A stretch of 64,000 bases of DNA from an uncultured Bacteroidaceae bacterium (GCA_964539395.1 CAZIIU010000013.1:14082-78081); one strand, 5' to 3'; positions 17,622 through 27,652 are shown, counted from the first letter of the stretch. The notes: generated by a model not told the origin, from the sequence alone. Numbers and translations are program-made.

Positions 17622-19605
17622 CTGGAAATTCAATAAGATACTTGTTGCTAACAGGGGCGAGATCGCCCTGCGCATCTTGCGGGCTATCCGGAAATCGGGA
17701 TTGTCGTCTGTCGCCATCTTTACCGAATCCGACAGGCATCTGCCCTATGTGCAATTCGCCGATGAGTCGTGGCCAATTAACGGGGCAACGCTGGCAGAAA
17801 CATACCTCAACCAGCAACTGATCATCGATATTGCCCGTGGTACAGGTGCAACTGCAATACACCCCGGATACGGATTCATGGCTGAAAATGCAGATTTCGC
17901 GCGACTCTGCAAGAAGAATAATATAATCTTTATCGGGCCTTCTCCGAAGGTGATCGACCTCATGGGGAACAAGGCCAACGCACTGGCAGAAGCAAAAAAA
18001 CATGGGGCTCCTGTAATTGAAGGAACTACAGGTTCACCGGAAAAAATTCTGCAAAATGCAGCAAATTTTCAGTATCCCGTTCTCATAAAACCTGCAGCAG
18101 GTGGTGGTGGCAAAGGGATGCGCATCATAGGCAAAAGCAGCGAACTTAAAGAAGCAATGGAAGACGCCTCAAGAGAGGCAATGAACTATTTTGGTTCAGG
18201 GGAACTCTATATCGAACGCTACATCGAAAGGGCCAGGCACATCGAGGTACAGGTACTGGCCGACCACCATGGCAATGCTGTCCACCTCTTTGAAAGGGAA
18301 TGCACCCTGCAACGCAGGTACCAGAAGATCATCGAAGAGGCCCCCGCCCCATCAATCTCTCCGGAAACAAGGGAAAAAATCACTTCAGCTGCACTTAACC
18401 TGACCCGGGGCATCAATTATACCAATGCCGGTACCATAGAATTTCTTGTCGATCAGCATGAAAATTTCTATTTCATCGAGATGAATACAAGAATACAGGT
18501 AGAGCATCCTGCAACCGAAATGATCACAGGAATCGACCTGGTCAGGGAACAAATATGTATCGCCGGAGGAAGCAAACTAAGTGTTCAGCAAGAGGATATT
18601 AAGATTAAAGGACATGCCATCGAAGCACGGCTATACGCCGAAGATCCGGCGAACAGGTTCATGCCCGCTACCGGAACCATCAGGAAAATAATCACCGATC
18701 ATGTCAACATCCGAATGGACAATGGATACGTTGAAGGCAATTCCATCTCACCATTCTACGATCCCCTGATCAGCAAGGTGATTTCCCATGGCGCCGACAG
18801 GAATGAGGCAGTGCGGCAACTTATATCCGGACTTAAGCACTACCACCTCGCCGGACCGGTTACGAACCGCGATTTCCTGGTGAAGCTTCTTCAATCGGAC
18901 GATTTTGCATCCAACAGAATTTACACGAAGTATATCGACGAACACCTTGTCTCCCTGCTGGAACAGATGAATTCGGAAAAAGATGAAATTGAAACCAATG
19001 TACTCCTTTCCATGTTCACCGTAGCTGCAATTCGCCATACCTACAGTTCCCGGGTTCCTCATTCCATCTGGCAAGAAACCGGATACTGGCGCCAGCTTTC
19101 TGAAATCAGGTTCCGGTTCAGGGAAACCGACTACCGCATTCCGATTAGAACCAGCAACACGGGCCGCACCATCGAGGCGATCATCAGCGGTGAACCTGTA
19201 CAGATACACCTGCTCGATCAGACAGATAATTTCTTTAAACTGATGATCGATGGCAAACAATACCAGTACTGGGCCGAAGTGGATCAATCGGATCTCATGC
19301 TCAACGTGGAGCAATACAGCTTTTTCGCAGCCAGAACGGATATTCCATTCAACAGACAAAGTGGCACGGTCGCAGTTGCAAATAACAGTGATGCAAATGA
19401 GGTGACAGCACCGTTGAATGGCAAGGTTGTAAAAATCAATGTAAAAGCAAATGACACCGTATCGTCCGGCGACACCCTGCTCGTCATTGAATCCATGAAA
19501 ATGGAAAACAGGATTATCTCGCCGAAAGATGCCGCGATTGCGGAGGTCTTGGTACAGAACGGCGATCTCGTTGAATTAAACAAACAATTAGTCACATTTA
19601 AATAA
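17614..19605 (+). CDS. liuD: Methylcrotonyl-CoA carboxylase alpha subunit (biotin carboxylase plus biotinyl domain)
   Basis: ILVANRGEIALRI, GGGGKGMRI and the C-terminal biotinylation motif IESMKMEN. I moved the start to ATG 17614 (MNNWKFNKILVANRGE), which overlaps the liuC stop by 8 nt. The ORF track start at 17587 extends further into liuC. Confidence 0.9.
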   Translation: MNNWKFNKILVANRGEIALRILRAIRKSGLSSVAIFTESDRHLPYVQFADESWPINGATLAETYLNQQLIIDIARGTGATAIHPGYGFMAENADFARLCKKNNIIFIGPSPKVIDLMGNKANALAEAKKHGAPVIEGTTGSPEKILQNAANFQYPVLIKPAAGGGGKGMRIIGKSSELKEAMEDASREAMNYFGSGELYIERYIERARHIEVQVLADHHGNAVHLFERECTLQRRYQKIIEEAPAPSISPETREKITSAALNLTRGINYTNAGTIEFLVDQHENFYFIEMNTRIQVEHPATEMITGIDLVREQICIAGGSKLSVQQEDIKIKGHAIEARLYAEDPANRFMPATGTIRKIITDHVNIRMDNGYVEGNSISPFYDPLISKVISHGADRNEAVRQLISGLKHYHLAGPVTNRDFLVKLLQSDDFASNRIYTKYIDEHLVSLLEQMNSEKDEIETNVLLSMFTVAAIRHTYSSRVPHSIWQETGYWRQLSEIRFRFRETDYRIPIRTSNTGRTIEAIISGEPVQIHLLDQTDNFFKLMIDGKQYQYWAEVDQSDLMLNVEQYSFFAARTDIPFNRQSGTVAVANNSDANEVTAPLNGKVVKINVKANDTVSSGDTLLVIESMKMENRIISPKDAAIAEVLVQNGDLVELNKQLVTFK

Positions 19606-19611
19606 TGAACA

Positions 19612-20763
19612 ATGGATCCCCTATTAACAAATAAACATGAATTATTCAGGGAAAAGGTCAGGTCTTTTGCTGAAAAAGAGATAAAACCTGTGGCAGCAAA
19701 GCTTGATGAGGCCTCTGAGTTTTCGGTGGAATTAACCGAAAAAATGTTCAATGAGGGTTATCTCAGCCTGGTTACTCCGGCAGAGTTTGGTGGCATGGAA
19801 ATGGATACCCTCTCATACATTATAGCAGTGGAGGAAGTTGCCCGTGTTGATGGTTCGCAAGCCGCCACAATTGCAGCCCAAAACTCCCTCGGACAGGGCC
19901 CCATACTGGCTTATGGAACTGAAGAACAGAAGAAAAAGTTTCTCCCTGTGCTCACCACGGGGAAAAAACTCTGGGCTTTCGGACTTACTGAACCAAATGC
20001 CGGTTCGGATTCCAACAACACTGAAACCACAGCCGAATTGAAAGATGGCCACTGGCACATCAACGGCAAAAAGATCTACATCACCAACGCAGCCTCCGTA
20101 ATGGCCGGTGGCGTTACAGTGCAGGCTGTCACAGGGGATCGCGGAAAAGGAATGAAGGAGCTATCAGTGATCCTCGTACCACGCGATACGCCGGGCTACA
20201 GCACTGAGGTAATCGATTCAAAGATGATGTGGCGCGCTGCCGATACCGGAAGAATCTTCTTCGACAACGTACAGGTTCCCAAAGAATATATCCTCGGAGA
20301 ACGGGGGAAAGGATCAAAAATCATGCTTGCTACACTCGACAGCGGCAGACTCTCTATCGCTGCCATGGGACTCGGACTTGCACAGGGGGCGTTTGAGATG
20401 GCAATGGAATATGCCTCCGGCCGGGTACAATTCGGTAAGCCAATCCGCAGCTTTCAGGTCAACTCATTCAAACTGGCCGATATGGCTACGAAAATTGAGC
20501 TGGCAAGAAGTCTGCTTTACAAGGCTTGCTGGCTCAAGGATCATAAGCAGCCTTTTGGCAAAGAAGCCGCTATGTCTAAACTGTATGCCTCTGAGATAGC
20601 ACGCGAAATCGCCAACGAGTCGCTGCAGATCCACGGTGCACACGGACTGATGAAGGAAAATCCTATCGAACGATTCTACCGTGACCAACGAATCCTTGAG
20701 ATCGGTGAGGGAACTTCAGAGATACTGCGGCTTGTTATCGCAAGGCATTTAGGAATCAGGTAA
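19612..20763 (+). CDS. liuA: Acyl-CoA dehydrogenase, by context isovaleryl-CoA dehydrogenase
   Basis: 383 aa. ACAD C-terminal signature ERFYRDQRILEIGEGTSEI. Substrate assignment rests on gene context only. Confidence 0.75.
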   Translation: MDPLLTNKHELFREKVRSFAEKEIKPVAAKLDEASEFSVELTEKMFNEGYLSLVTPAEFGGMEMDTLSYIIAVEEVARVDGSQAATIAAQNSLGQGPILAYGTEEQKKKFLPVLTTGKKLWAFGLTEPNAGSDSNNTETTAELKDGHWHINGKKIYITNAASVMAGGVTVQAVTGDRGKGMKELSVILVPRDTPGYSTEVIDSKMMWRAADTGRIFFDNVQVPKEYILGERGKGSKIMLATLDSGRLSIAAMGLGLAQGAFEMAMEYASGRVQFGKPIRSFQVNSFKLADMATKIELARSLLYKACWLKDHKQPFGKEAAMSKLYASEIAREIANESLQIHGAHGLMKENPIERFYRDQRILEIGEGTSEILRLVIARHLGIR

Positions 20764-20773
20764 ATAGTCCATC

Positions 20774-21772
20774 ATGGAATCACTTGAAACACGAAAAAAA
20801 GACCATATCGACCTCGCGTTCAGATCGCAAACCGGTATGCCGGAGATCGACCACAGGTTTCATTATGAACCTATGCTTGCAGCCCACCCGGAAAAGGGCC
20901 TTCAACCCTTCAGATTTCTGGACCGCGAACACCGCGTCCCGATGTGGGTCAGCAGCATGACCGGCGGAACTAAACTTGCCGGAATCATCAACAGGAACCT
21001 GGCCCGTGCCTGCAGGGAATTCGGTATGGGCATGGGGCTCGGCTCCTGCAGGATCATCCTGAAGGACAATACCTATTTAGAGGACTTCAACATGCGACCG
21101 GTTATCGGACCGGATATGCCGCTGTGGGCCAACCTCGGGATCGCACAGATTGAAGAGTTGCTGGAAGAAGGCAGGGTTTCACTGGCAACCGCGTTGGTGG
21201 AAAAGCTGGAAGCAGACGGACTTATCATCCATGTTAACCCAATGCAGGAATGGTTCCAGCCCGAAGGAGATATCATAAAATATCCGCCCATCGATACGAT
21301 CAGGCGCTTCATGGATCATTTCAAATACCCCCTCATCGTTAAAGAGGTCGGTCAGGGCATCGGACCGGAAAGCCTGAGGGCCCTGCTTCAATTACCCCTG
21401 AAGGCAATAGAGTTTGCTGCGTTCGGGGGAACGAATTTTGCCCGTGTAGAACTTCTGCGCAGCGAAAATGCAGAGGCAACCCTGTTCGAACCTCTCTCAA
21501 ACATCGGTGAAGATGCAATGTCGATGGTAGAGTCGATAAACGCAATTATCACCACTGAAAAACCGGTGTGCAGTGAACTGATCATCTCCGGCGGAATCAG
21601 AAATTTCCTGGATGGTTTCTACCTGCTAAAGAAATCAAAGTTGCCCGCGATCTACGGGATGGCCTCCACTTTCTTAAAATATGCAAAGGAAGATTACGAT
21701 CAACTCTATACATTTGTTGAAGGCCAGGTAAAAGGACTTGAGATGGCTTTTGCATACCTGTCCGTTAAATAA
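20774..21772 (+). CDS. fni: Type 2 (FMN-dependent) isopentenyl-diphosphate delta-isomerase
   Basis: 332 aa. RKKDHIDLAF, VKEVGQGI and ISGGIRN are typical IDI-2 motifs. Confidence 0.85.
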   Translation: MESLETRKKDHIDLAFRSQTGMPEIDHRFHYEPMLAAHPEKGLQPFRFLDREHRVPMWVSSMTGGTKLAGIINRNLARACREFGMGMGLGSCRIILKDNTYLEDFNMRPVIGPDMPLWANLGIAQIEELLEEGRVSLATALVEKLEADGLIIHVNPMQEWFQPEGDIIKYPPIDTIRRFMDHFKYPLIVKEVGQGIGPESLRALLQLPLKAIEFAAFGGTNFARVELLRSENAEATLFEPLSNIGEDAMSMVESINAIITTEKPVCSELIISGGIRNFLDGFYLLKKSKLPAIYGMASTFLKYAKEDYDQLYTFVEGQVKGLEMAFAYLSVK

Positions 21773-21777
21773 AAAAG

Positions 21778-23106
21778 ATGGCTCAGAAGAAGGCAATATC
21801 GGGCTTCTCAAAGCTGACACCAAGGCAAAAAACCGAATGGCTGCGCGATGAACATAATCTTCCGGATGAACAGCTTGAAACCCTCTCCTCCCATCTTCAT
21901 CCCGACCCACAGTTACAGTCGCTCTACAATGAGTTCAGCGAAAACACCGTTTCCAATTTCTTCATACCCTACGGATTGGCCCCCAACTTCCTGATAAATG
22001 ATAGGTGGTATGTGCTGCCAATGGCCATCGAGGAAAGCTCGGTAGTGGCAGCTGCTTCACACGCGGCAAAGTTCTGGTCGGACTATGGTGGGTTCCGGGC
22101 AGAGGTGGTGGACACGGTTAAGGTCGGACAGGTTCATTTCTTCTGGAGCGGCACTGAAGGCTTTATAACGGAAGTATTCGAAAAAAACAGGGCGACAATG
22201 ATCCGGTCGATGGATCCGTTCACAGAATCAATGCGAAAACGGGACGGCGGAATAAAAGATCTCCTGCTGACCCGACCGCAGGATTCACCTGACCATTATT
22301 ACCAATTGCAGCTTCAGTTCAGAACCGCCAGTGCCATGGGGGCAAACTTTATCAACACCGTTCTCGAAGAAATGTCGAAAGTGTGGAAACAAATTGTCGC
22401 AAAACACGCGAAGGAGCAAAAGGAAGAGGGGGAACTTGAGGTTAACATGGCAATCCTGTCGAATTACACACCCGAATGCCTGGTAAGGGTTTGGGTGGAA
22501 ACCGGGGTTGCAGCCTTCGGCCGGTTCGATGCAAACCTCTCAGGGCAACAATTCGGGGAAAAATTTGTCAGGGCCACAGAAATTGCAGGAACCGATACAT
22601 ACCGTGCCGTTACACACAACAAAGGGATCTTTAACGGAATGGATGCGGTAGTTATCGCTACAGGAAATGATTTCAGGGCCGTCGAAGCCTGCGGACATGC
22701 CTTTGCTGCCCGTAACGGCCGCTACCGCAGTCTCTCCAAGGCTGAGATCAGGAATAACAGATTCAGGTTTGAACTGGAGGTTCCCATGTCGGTCGGCACA
22801 GTAGGAGGACTCACATCCGGTCACCCTCTGGCTGCCACAAGCCTGAAGATTCTGCATGATCCTTCGTCTGAGGAGCTGATGATGATCATCGCCGCAGCCG
22901 GACTGGCAAATAACTTTAGTGCCATACGTTCACTGATCACCACCGGTATTCAGGAAGGACATATGAAAATGCACCTTACAAATATCCTCAGGCAGCTCGG
23001 AGCAGACGAACTTTTGAAACTGGAAGCAGTAAAATTCTTCAAAAACAAAACTGTCAGCTATGCCGATGTAAAAAAGTTTGTCCTGGAAAAAAAGAACAAA
23101 CCATGA
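21778..23106 (+). CDS. mvaA: HMG-CoA reductase, class II
   Basis: 442 aa. EESSVVAAASHAAKFW, SAMGANFINT and SVGTVGG match class II HMGR motifs. Confidence 0.85.
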   Translation: MAQKKAISGFSKLTPRQKTEWLRDEHNLPDEQLETLSSHLHPDPQLQSLYNEFSENTVSNFFIPYGLAPNFLINDRWYVLPMAIEESSVVAAASHAAKFWSDYGGFRAEVVDTVKVGQVHFFWSGTEGFITEVFEKNRATMIRSMDPFTESMRKRDGGIKDLLLTRPQDSPDHYYQLQLQFRTASAMGANFINTVLEEMSKVWKQIVAKHAKEQKEEGELEVNMAILSNYTPECLVRVWVETGVAAFGRFDANLSGQQFGEKFVRATEIAGTDTYRAVTHNKGIFNGMDAVVIATGNDFRAVEACGHAFAARNGRYRSLSKAEIRNNRFRFELEVPMSVGTVGGLTSGHPLAATSLKILHDPSSEELMMIIAAAGLANNFSAIRSLITTGIQEGHMKMHLTNILRQLGADELLKLEAVKFFKNKTVSYADVKKFVLEKKNKP

Positions 23107-24020
23107 ACCAACAATTCTATGCACGCGGAAAGCTATTGCTGAGTTCCGAATTTATGATCCTGCACGGAGCAAAGGCGCTTGCTGTGCCGCTTAATGTAGG
23201 ACAATCGCTCAAGCTGGTTGCAAAAAGGAATCCGGGTGTGGTACATTGGTTGGCAGAATTTGATCATGATACCTGGTTTGAAACCACCCTCTCACTGGAA
23301 AAACTTGAAATTCTTGATACCACAGGGGAAGATAAATCGAGAAACCTGGTCCACATCCTCAGGAATCTGCTGGAGATCAAACCCTCATTTACGGACCAGC
23401 TTCACTCAAACGATGTGGTTACCACGCTTGAATTTGACCCGTCATTTGGTTTCGGCAGCTCTTCGACCCTAACAGCGCTCCTGGCACAATGGGCACAGAT
23501 TGATCCAATGCAGCTCCACTTCCATATTTCACAAGGATCGGGTTATGATGTTGCCTGTGCCGGTGCAGAATCGGCGATCCTCTACCAGGTGGTGAACGAT
23601 ATGCCGGTAATACAATCGGTCGATTTCCAACCCATCTTTATGGAAAGAATGTGGCTGGTCTACCTCGGACATAAACGAAATTCATCAGAAAGTGTAGCTG
23701 CTTTTCTGAATAGCTATGAAGCAGATCAGGATGATATTGCACGTTACTCCGCGATCACCTGTGAAATGCTCAGGGCACAGTCAGCCGTGGAGTTTGGATC
23801 ACTGATGCATACCCATGAGAAGCGGCTGTCGGAGATCCTGAACATTCCCCCTCTCAAACAAAAACTGTTCCCCGACCTTGATGGATATGCAAAATCGCTT
23901 GGTGCCTGGGGAGGTGATTTTGCCTTACTCCTGACTTCGTGGGATAAAGAAAAGCTGGCATTCTACCTCCGGGAAAAGGGGTTCGACAGATGGTTCGCCT
24001 ACGTTGATCTTGTTCTATAG
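23103..24020 (+). CDS. GHMP-family kinase of the GYDIA type (mevalonate-pathway kinase, exact step unassigned)
   Basis: 305 aa. GHMP motif GFGSSSTLTALL and GSGYDVACAG, which resembles the GYDIA signature as I recall it. ATGA overlap with mvaA. Confidence 0.7.
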   Translation: MNQQFYARGKLLLSSEFMILHGAKALAVPLNVGQSLKLVAKRNPGVVHWLAEFDHDTWFETTLSLEKLEILDTTGEDKSRNLVHILRNLLEIKPSFTDQLHSNDVVTTLEFDPSFGFGSSSTLTALLAQWAQIDPMQLHFHISQGSGYDVACAGAESAILYQVVNDMPVIQSVDFQPIFMERMWLVYLGHKRNSSESVAAFLNSYEADQDDIARYSAITCEMLRAQSAVEFGSLMHTHEKRLSEILNIPPLKQKLFPDLDGYAKSLGAWGGDFALLLTSWDKEKLAFYLREKGFDRWFAYVDLVL

Positions 24021-24065
24021 CAACAGTACGTATAATTAACCGGGTATTAACCAAAAATTATAACA

Positions 24066-25163
24066 ATGGACAAGTATGAAAATGTACTGAAACAGGAGAC
24101 CCAAAAACTCGGCTCAATGGAACCTGTCAGGAAAGAAGGTTCTGTCGGCTGGCAAGCACCGTCGAACATTGCCATCGTAAAATACTGGGGCAAATATCCG
24201 GGTCAGGTACCGGCGAACGCTTCGCTGAGTGTTACCCTTGAAAAGGCGGTGACCAGAACACGCATCGGCTATTCATGGCAGAAAAATGAAAATGGCGTTC
24301 AGCTCAAATTTACATTTGAAGGGAAGAAAACTCCCGATTTTGAGAAAAGAATAAAAAAGAACCTTAATAACATCACACCGTTTTTTCCCTGGCTTAACAG
24401 GGTCAAGCTTGCAATAAGCTCTGAAAATACATTCCCCCACTCTTCAGGTATTGCATCTAGTGCGTCGGCGATGGGTGCACTGTCGCTCGGACTGTGTGAG
24501 ATTGAAGAGCAATTGTTTGGCGGACGCGCTACAGAGGATTTTTTCAGGAAAGCATCTTTTATTGCCCGTCTCGGTTCAGGCAGTGCATCCCGTTCGCTCT
24601 ATGGGAGGTTATCTGTATGGGGATACACGGCAAGCTGCAAGGATTCATCCGACGAATATGCAATCCCTGTTGAAGGTGTACATGATAATTTTTTGGGAAT
24701 CCATGACAGCATCCTGATCATCGAGTCGGGGAAAAAGCAGGTTTCAAGCACCATGGGACACGACCTGATGAAATCAAATCCATATGCAAAACTGCGGTTC
24801 GACGCCGCAGAAGAAAACATGCAACGACTCTGCAAAATTGTCAGAGAAGGTGACCTCAGGCAATTCATTGATGTGATGGAGAACGAAGCGCTTACCCTGC
24901 ATGCAATGATGATGACCAGCAGGCCGGGGTTCATGCTCATGAAGGCGAACACTGTGGAGGCCATCCACAGGATCAGGAAGTACAGGGAACAGAGCGGTAT
25001 GAGCGTAGGGTTTACCCTCGATGCAGGTGCCAATGTTCACATGCTCTACCCAGAAAAAGATGCCGATCGGATCAGGATGTACATTGAGAGCGAACTGCAG
25101 GAACTGTGCGAGAATGGAGCCGTTATTCATGACCGGATGGGAGACGGTCCGCTGAAGTTTTAA
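24066..25163 (+). CDS. mvaD: Diphosphomevalonate decarboxylase
   Basis: 365 aa. APSNIAIVKYWGK and SSGIASSASA are typical of the MVD family. Confidence 0.85.
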   Translation: MDKYENVLKQETQKLGSMEPVRKEGSVGWQAPSNIAIVKYWGKYPGQVPANASLSVTLEKAVTRTRIGYSWQKNENGVQLKFTFEGKKTPDFEKRIKKNLNNITPFFPWLNRVKLAISSENTFPHSSGIASSASAMGALSLGLCEIEEQLFGGRATEDFFRKASFIARLGSGSASRSLYGRLSVWGYTASCKDSSDEYAIPVEGVHDNFLGIHDSILIIESGKKQVSSTMGHDLMKSNPYAKLRFDAAEENMQRLCKIVREGDLRQFIDVMENEALTLHAMMMTSRPGFMLMKANTVEAIHRIRKYREQSGMSVGFTLDAGANVHMLYPEKDADRIRMYIESELQELCENGAVIHDRMGDGPLKF

Positions 25164-25269
25164 AATCCGGTTAAACAGGAAACACCAGCAGTTTCGCTGG
25201 TTTTGAAGAAACCGGTCGGTCGGCTGATTGATTTGGAAAAACATTTTAGAATTATCACGTGAGGTAAAA

Positions 25270-26196
25270 ATGATTAACACGAAAAAGAGATACGCTGCAA
25301 AATTGATGCTTGCAGGGGAGTACGGGGTGATCGTTGGAAGCGAAGCAATTACGGTACCGTTAAAAAATTATTATGCGCAATTGGCACAGCGGAAGGGTGA
25401 AACACGGGATCCGGAAATCATCAGATCGGTGGCAAGCCTCAGAAAACTTCTAACCTATATCAGGTCACTCCCTAAAAACAGCTTTTATGCAATTCCCGAT
25501 ACCAATGAGCTGGAAGAGTCTCTAAAAAAAGGATACTATATCTCTTCGACCATTCCCCACGGATATGGTATCGGAAGCTCAGGTGCCGTATCGGCCCTGG
25601 TGTATGACCAGTTCTTCAATTCCGAAAAAGTAACCGGACTTCAGCAACAGCGGAAGGACCTGGCAACAATTGAGTCTTGCTTTCACGGGAAAAGTTCAGG
25701 TGTGGATGCGATGACCTGCTTTACCGGTAAGGCGTTGCATTTTCTGCCAGAAGGGGAGATCAGGGAGTCAGAAATGGACCCTCTCCAACCCCGGGGGGGA
25801 TACCGCTTTTTCCTGCTCGATTCCGGGCAGGTATTTGATACTGCTCCATTGGTTCGGTATTTCCTTGAAAAGATGAAGAACAGTAAGTTTGCAGAACTGA
25901 TCACCAGGGACTATTTCGACCTGATAAAAAAATTCATTAGCACGCTGAACGGAACTTCAGACAATGACACAGCGCTGATATTCAGGGCAATATCCGACTT
26001 TCAGTGGAACCATTTTTCACGTATGATCCCAGAACAAATGAAAGATGCCTGGATCAACGGCCTGGTAAGCAATGCTCATTACATGAAACTGAACGGGTCC
26101 GGAGGTGGTTTCATGCTTGGAATCGCACATGAAAGTGCGAAAGATACTGTGGAACAAATGCTCCATGGCTCAACGATTACCTGGCTTGGAGTATGA
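25270..26196 (+). CDS. GHMP kinase (mevalonate kinase or phosphomevalonate kinase)
   Basis: KLMLAGEYGVIVGSEAITVP and the GHMP motif PHGYGIGSSGAVSALV. I chose ATG 25270 (MINTKKRY) over the TTG at 25228 in the ORF track. Confidence 0.75.
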   Translation: MINTKKRYAAKLMLAGEYGVIVGSEAITVPLKNYYAQLAQRKGETRDPEIIRSVASLRKLLTYIRSLPKNSFYAIPDTNELEESLKKGYYISSTIPHGYGIGSSGAVSALVYDQFFNSEKVTGLQQQRKDLATIESCFHGKSSGVDAMTCFTGKALHFLPEGEIRESEMDPLQPRGGYRFFLLDSGQVFDTAPLVRYFLEKMKNSKFAELITRDYFDLIKKFISTLNGTSDNDTALIFRAISDFQWNHFSRMIPEQMKDAWINGLVSNAHYMKLNGSGGGFMLGIAHESAKDTVEQMLHGSTITWLGV

Positions 26197-26219
26197 TAGG
26201 TCTGTAATACACCATAAAA

Positions 26220-26245
26220 AAGGGTGCCTGTTGCCAGACACCCTT
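26220..26245. terminator. Hairpin between convergent genes; the T-run follows it on the minus strand
   Basis: AAGGGTGCCTG-TTGC-CAGACACCCTT pairs at 10 of 11 positions. AAAAAA lies immediately 5' on the plus strand, which is a TTTTTT tail for the minus-strand lipoprotein gene ending at 26287. It may also stop the plus-strand operon. Confidence 0.5.
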
Positions 26246-26286
26246 ATATCAGGTCTCATTCTGTTGAGCATTCCAACGCTGTAACC

Positions 26287-27393
26287 CTAGTTGAATTCCA
26301 GTTTCAGATTTGCAACTGTTTTCGGATTATATGGAGCAAGTCCTGTAAGCCTCTCAGCAACCTCGTAAAACTCATCTCCTGGGGCTGTACCTCCCTGAAT
26401 AAAACCGTCTTTGTTAAAGAAACCGGGCGCCTCAGTATTCGTTAACCATGCATATAGCAGCTCATCACTCGCGTCGGGCCATACCGACTTAACTTCATTG
26501 ATGAATACATTTCTGATGGAATACTCCCCGAGCAGGACATTACGTCCTGTAGCATCAAGAATGCTCAGGGGCAAACCAACCTCTGCTGCAGCAACATCGT
26601 GGTCATTCTCACCACTGGCCACAAAAGCCCAGTTATATCCGGTTGTGGAGGTCAGCAATTTTGCATTCGGATGACTGGTATTTCCATAAACATCCACGAA
26701 AGAACCTTTTTTCCCAACAAACATCTTCATGGCATTAATTGCAAATGGCTCCAATAGAGGATCAATGGCAGGAAGATCGGAAATGGAGACAATCATATGG
26801 GCATCGTACCCCATCTCTCCCTCTTCACTATAGTCAATGCGAAACATTGCATCACCCAGCTCGGAATCATCCTTGCGGTTTATGTTGTAAGGTTTTAAAA
26901 GAGCAATTCCGGCTCTTGGATTTTCATTCCAGAAGATCTGCATCGCCTTTCCTCCATCCTCGTTCTCCTCCGAATCAGCATCAGTTATAGTCAAACCATA
27001 ATCCCATACCCTGTCCTCAAACTCAGGCGAACCCACAACAACAAGGTTTTTGATCCGGTTATCGTCATCACTTTGATAGGTAAGGGTTAAAATCCGGTCG
27101 ATATTGTATACATTAATTGACCAGATGATACCTTCCACAATCTCAGCTGCGGATTCACCAACGTGGATAAAAAAGATTAGGTGCTGGTACACTTCGTTGC
27201 CCCTCATGGTATCTACTGCCACACTCTTTTTTGCAGTGATATCCTGAGAAATGGCATCCGGAATGTCGACCGAAAATTTTTTCGGCAGAATGCTGTTCTC
27301 ATTGCCTGGACCGATGAGGTCGTTATCACAGGCGGTGAAAAAAAAGATTCCGCCAAAAATAATTGCGAAAGTAATAAAACTTGGCTTTTTCAT
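26287..27393 (-). CDS. Lipoprotein of unknown function
   Basis: 368 aa. MKKPSFITFAIIFGGIFFFTAC gives a lipobox Cys. No recognisable catalytic motif. Confidence 0.65.
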   Translation of the reverse strand: MKKPSFITFAIIFGGIFFFTACDNDLIGPGNENSILPKKFSVDIPDAISQDITAKKSVAVDTMRGNEVYQHLIFFIHVGESAAEIVEGIIWSINVYNIDRILTLTYQSDDDNRIKNLVVVGSPEFEDRVWDYGLTITDADSEENEDGGKAMQIFWNENPRAGIALLKPYNINRKDDSELGDAMFRIDYSEEGEMGYDAHMIVSISDLPAIDPLLEPFAINAMKMFVGKKGSFVDVYGNTSHPNAKLLTSTTGYNWAFVASGENDHDVAAAEVGLPLSILDATGRNVLLGEYSIRNVFINEVKSVWPDASDELLYAWLTNTEAPGFFNKDGFIQGGTAPGDEFYEVAERLTGLAPYNPKTVANLKLEFN

Positions 27394-27652
27394 GATTTCA
27401 ATTTTTAATTGTTTTTAATCTGAATTGTTTAAATCAACCTGTTTTCAATTGTACCACACAACAGGTCAGGAAAACCCCTACGCATAAATGAAAAAAAACT
27501 AAATATTTTGTTATTGTGTTTATTCTGTGCGACTTAAAAATACACGGTATTGAGCATAGACCTCCTGATCGTTCGCAAAAAAGCAGGATTGACAATCGTC
27601 AGGAACCAAACTAAAACTAAAATCCAGGGTGCCCGGCCTCGAAAATAATACT

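Noticed and set aside
18748-19359. 203-aa minus-strand ORF inside the MCCase alpha gene
   Set aside because: It is antisense to a biotin carboxylase/BCCP gene with intact motifs. It is a shadow ORF.
25184-25204. Hairpin ACCAGC-AGTTTC-GCTGGT plus TTT between mvaD and the last GHMP kinase gene, as an internal terminator
   Set aside because: The stem is only 6 bp and the T-run is short. This is too weak to call a terminator and at most a pause or attenuation site. I keep the last kinase gene in the cluster.
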